64,000 nt of DNA from Squalus acanthias (lineage: Eukaryota): NCBI GenBank assembly GCA_030390025.1, contig JASTWF010000356.1:248001-312000 (forward strand), written 5' to 3'. The notes under the pieces are model-generated. The model had not been told where the DNA came from, did not search any database, and saw nothing but the letters and a program-made list of their open reading frames with translations. The position numbers and the translations under genes are program-made. Shown piece by piece: positions 63,601 through 64,000 of this stretch (the stretch's first letter is position 1; the number at the start of each line of letters is the position of its first letter).

Positions 63601-64000
63601 CGGGGAGTATGGGCCCAGTGAGATCAGACAGTCTGTAACCCGGGGACGATGGGACCAGTGAGATCAGACAGTGTGTAACCCGGGAGGATGGGCCCAGTGA
63701 GATCAGACAGTGTATAACCCGGGGAGGATGGACCAAGTGAGATCAGACATTGTGTAACCCGTGGTGGATGGGCCCAGTGAGATCAGACAGTGTGTAACCC
63801 GGGGAGGATGGGCCCAGTGAGATCAGACAGTGTGTAACCCGGGAGGATGGGCCCAGTGAGATCAGACAGTGTATAACCCGGGGAGGATGAGCCCAATGTG
63901 GTCAGACAGTGTATAACCTGGGTAGGATGGGCCCTGTGAGATCAGACAGTTTGTAACCCGGGCAGGATGGGCCCAGCGTCTTCAGACACTGTGTAACCCG
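33641..64000 (+). repeat. 40-bp satellite array 3 (at least ~760 units, open at the right edge) with higher-order structure
   Basis: Uninterrupted 40-mer array starting exactly 26343 bp after the start of array 1; no non-satellite insertion seen. Confidence 0.99.

Noticed and set aside
7298..64000. ORFs inside the 40-bp arrays (e.g. 10516-10908, 19188-19502, 38783-38989) with Cys/His-rich repetitive peptides
   Set aside because: A 40-bp unit is not a multiple of 3, so the frames cycle and hit stops. These are satellite translations with no C2H2 spacing.

Overview
Repeat-dominated vertebrate genomic DNA, most likely from a cartilaginous fish (inferred from the CR1/L2 LINE and tRNA-SINE families). 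I find no intact protein-coding gene: every listed ORF is either a decayed LINE fragment or a by-product of tandem repeats. Main structure: (1) a recent direct segmental duplication with offset 26,343 bp (1-~11,350 vs 26,344-~38,040) carrying a nested cluster of CR1-type LINEs; (2) a 40-bp satellite in three arrays (7.3-11.35 kb, 18.94-21.36 kb, 33.64 kb to the window end), the last expanded to >30 kb with nested higher-order periods of about 2,783, 3,655 and 7,396 bp and a mosaic of variants from both smaller arrays; (3) a candidate + strand spliced transcription unit at 12.2-23.3 kb, with a CpG-rich promoter (NRF1-like repeats, kB site, IRF/ETS-like motifs) and three candidate exons, each splice donor followed closely by a different minisatellite (31, 40 and ~60 bp); (4) older diverged copies of the promoter-upstream region, split by the LINE cluster and lacking the core promoter. 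All alignments and unit counts were done by eye and are approximate.
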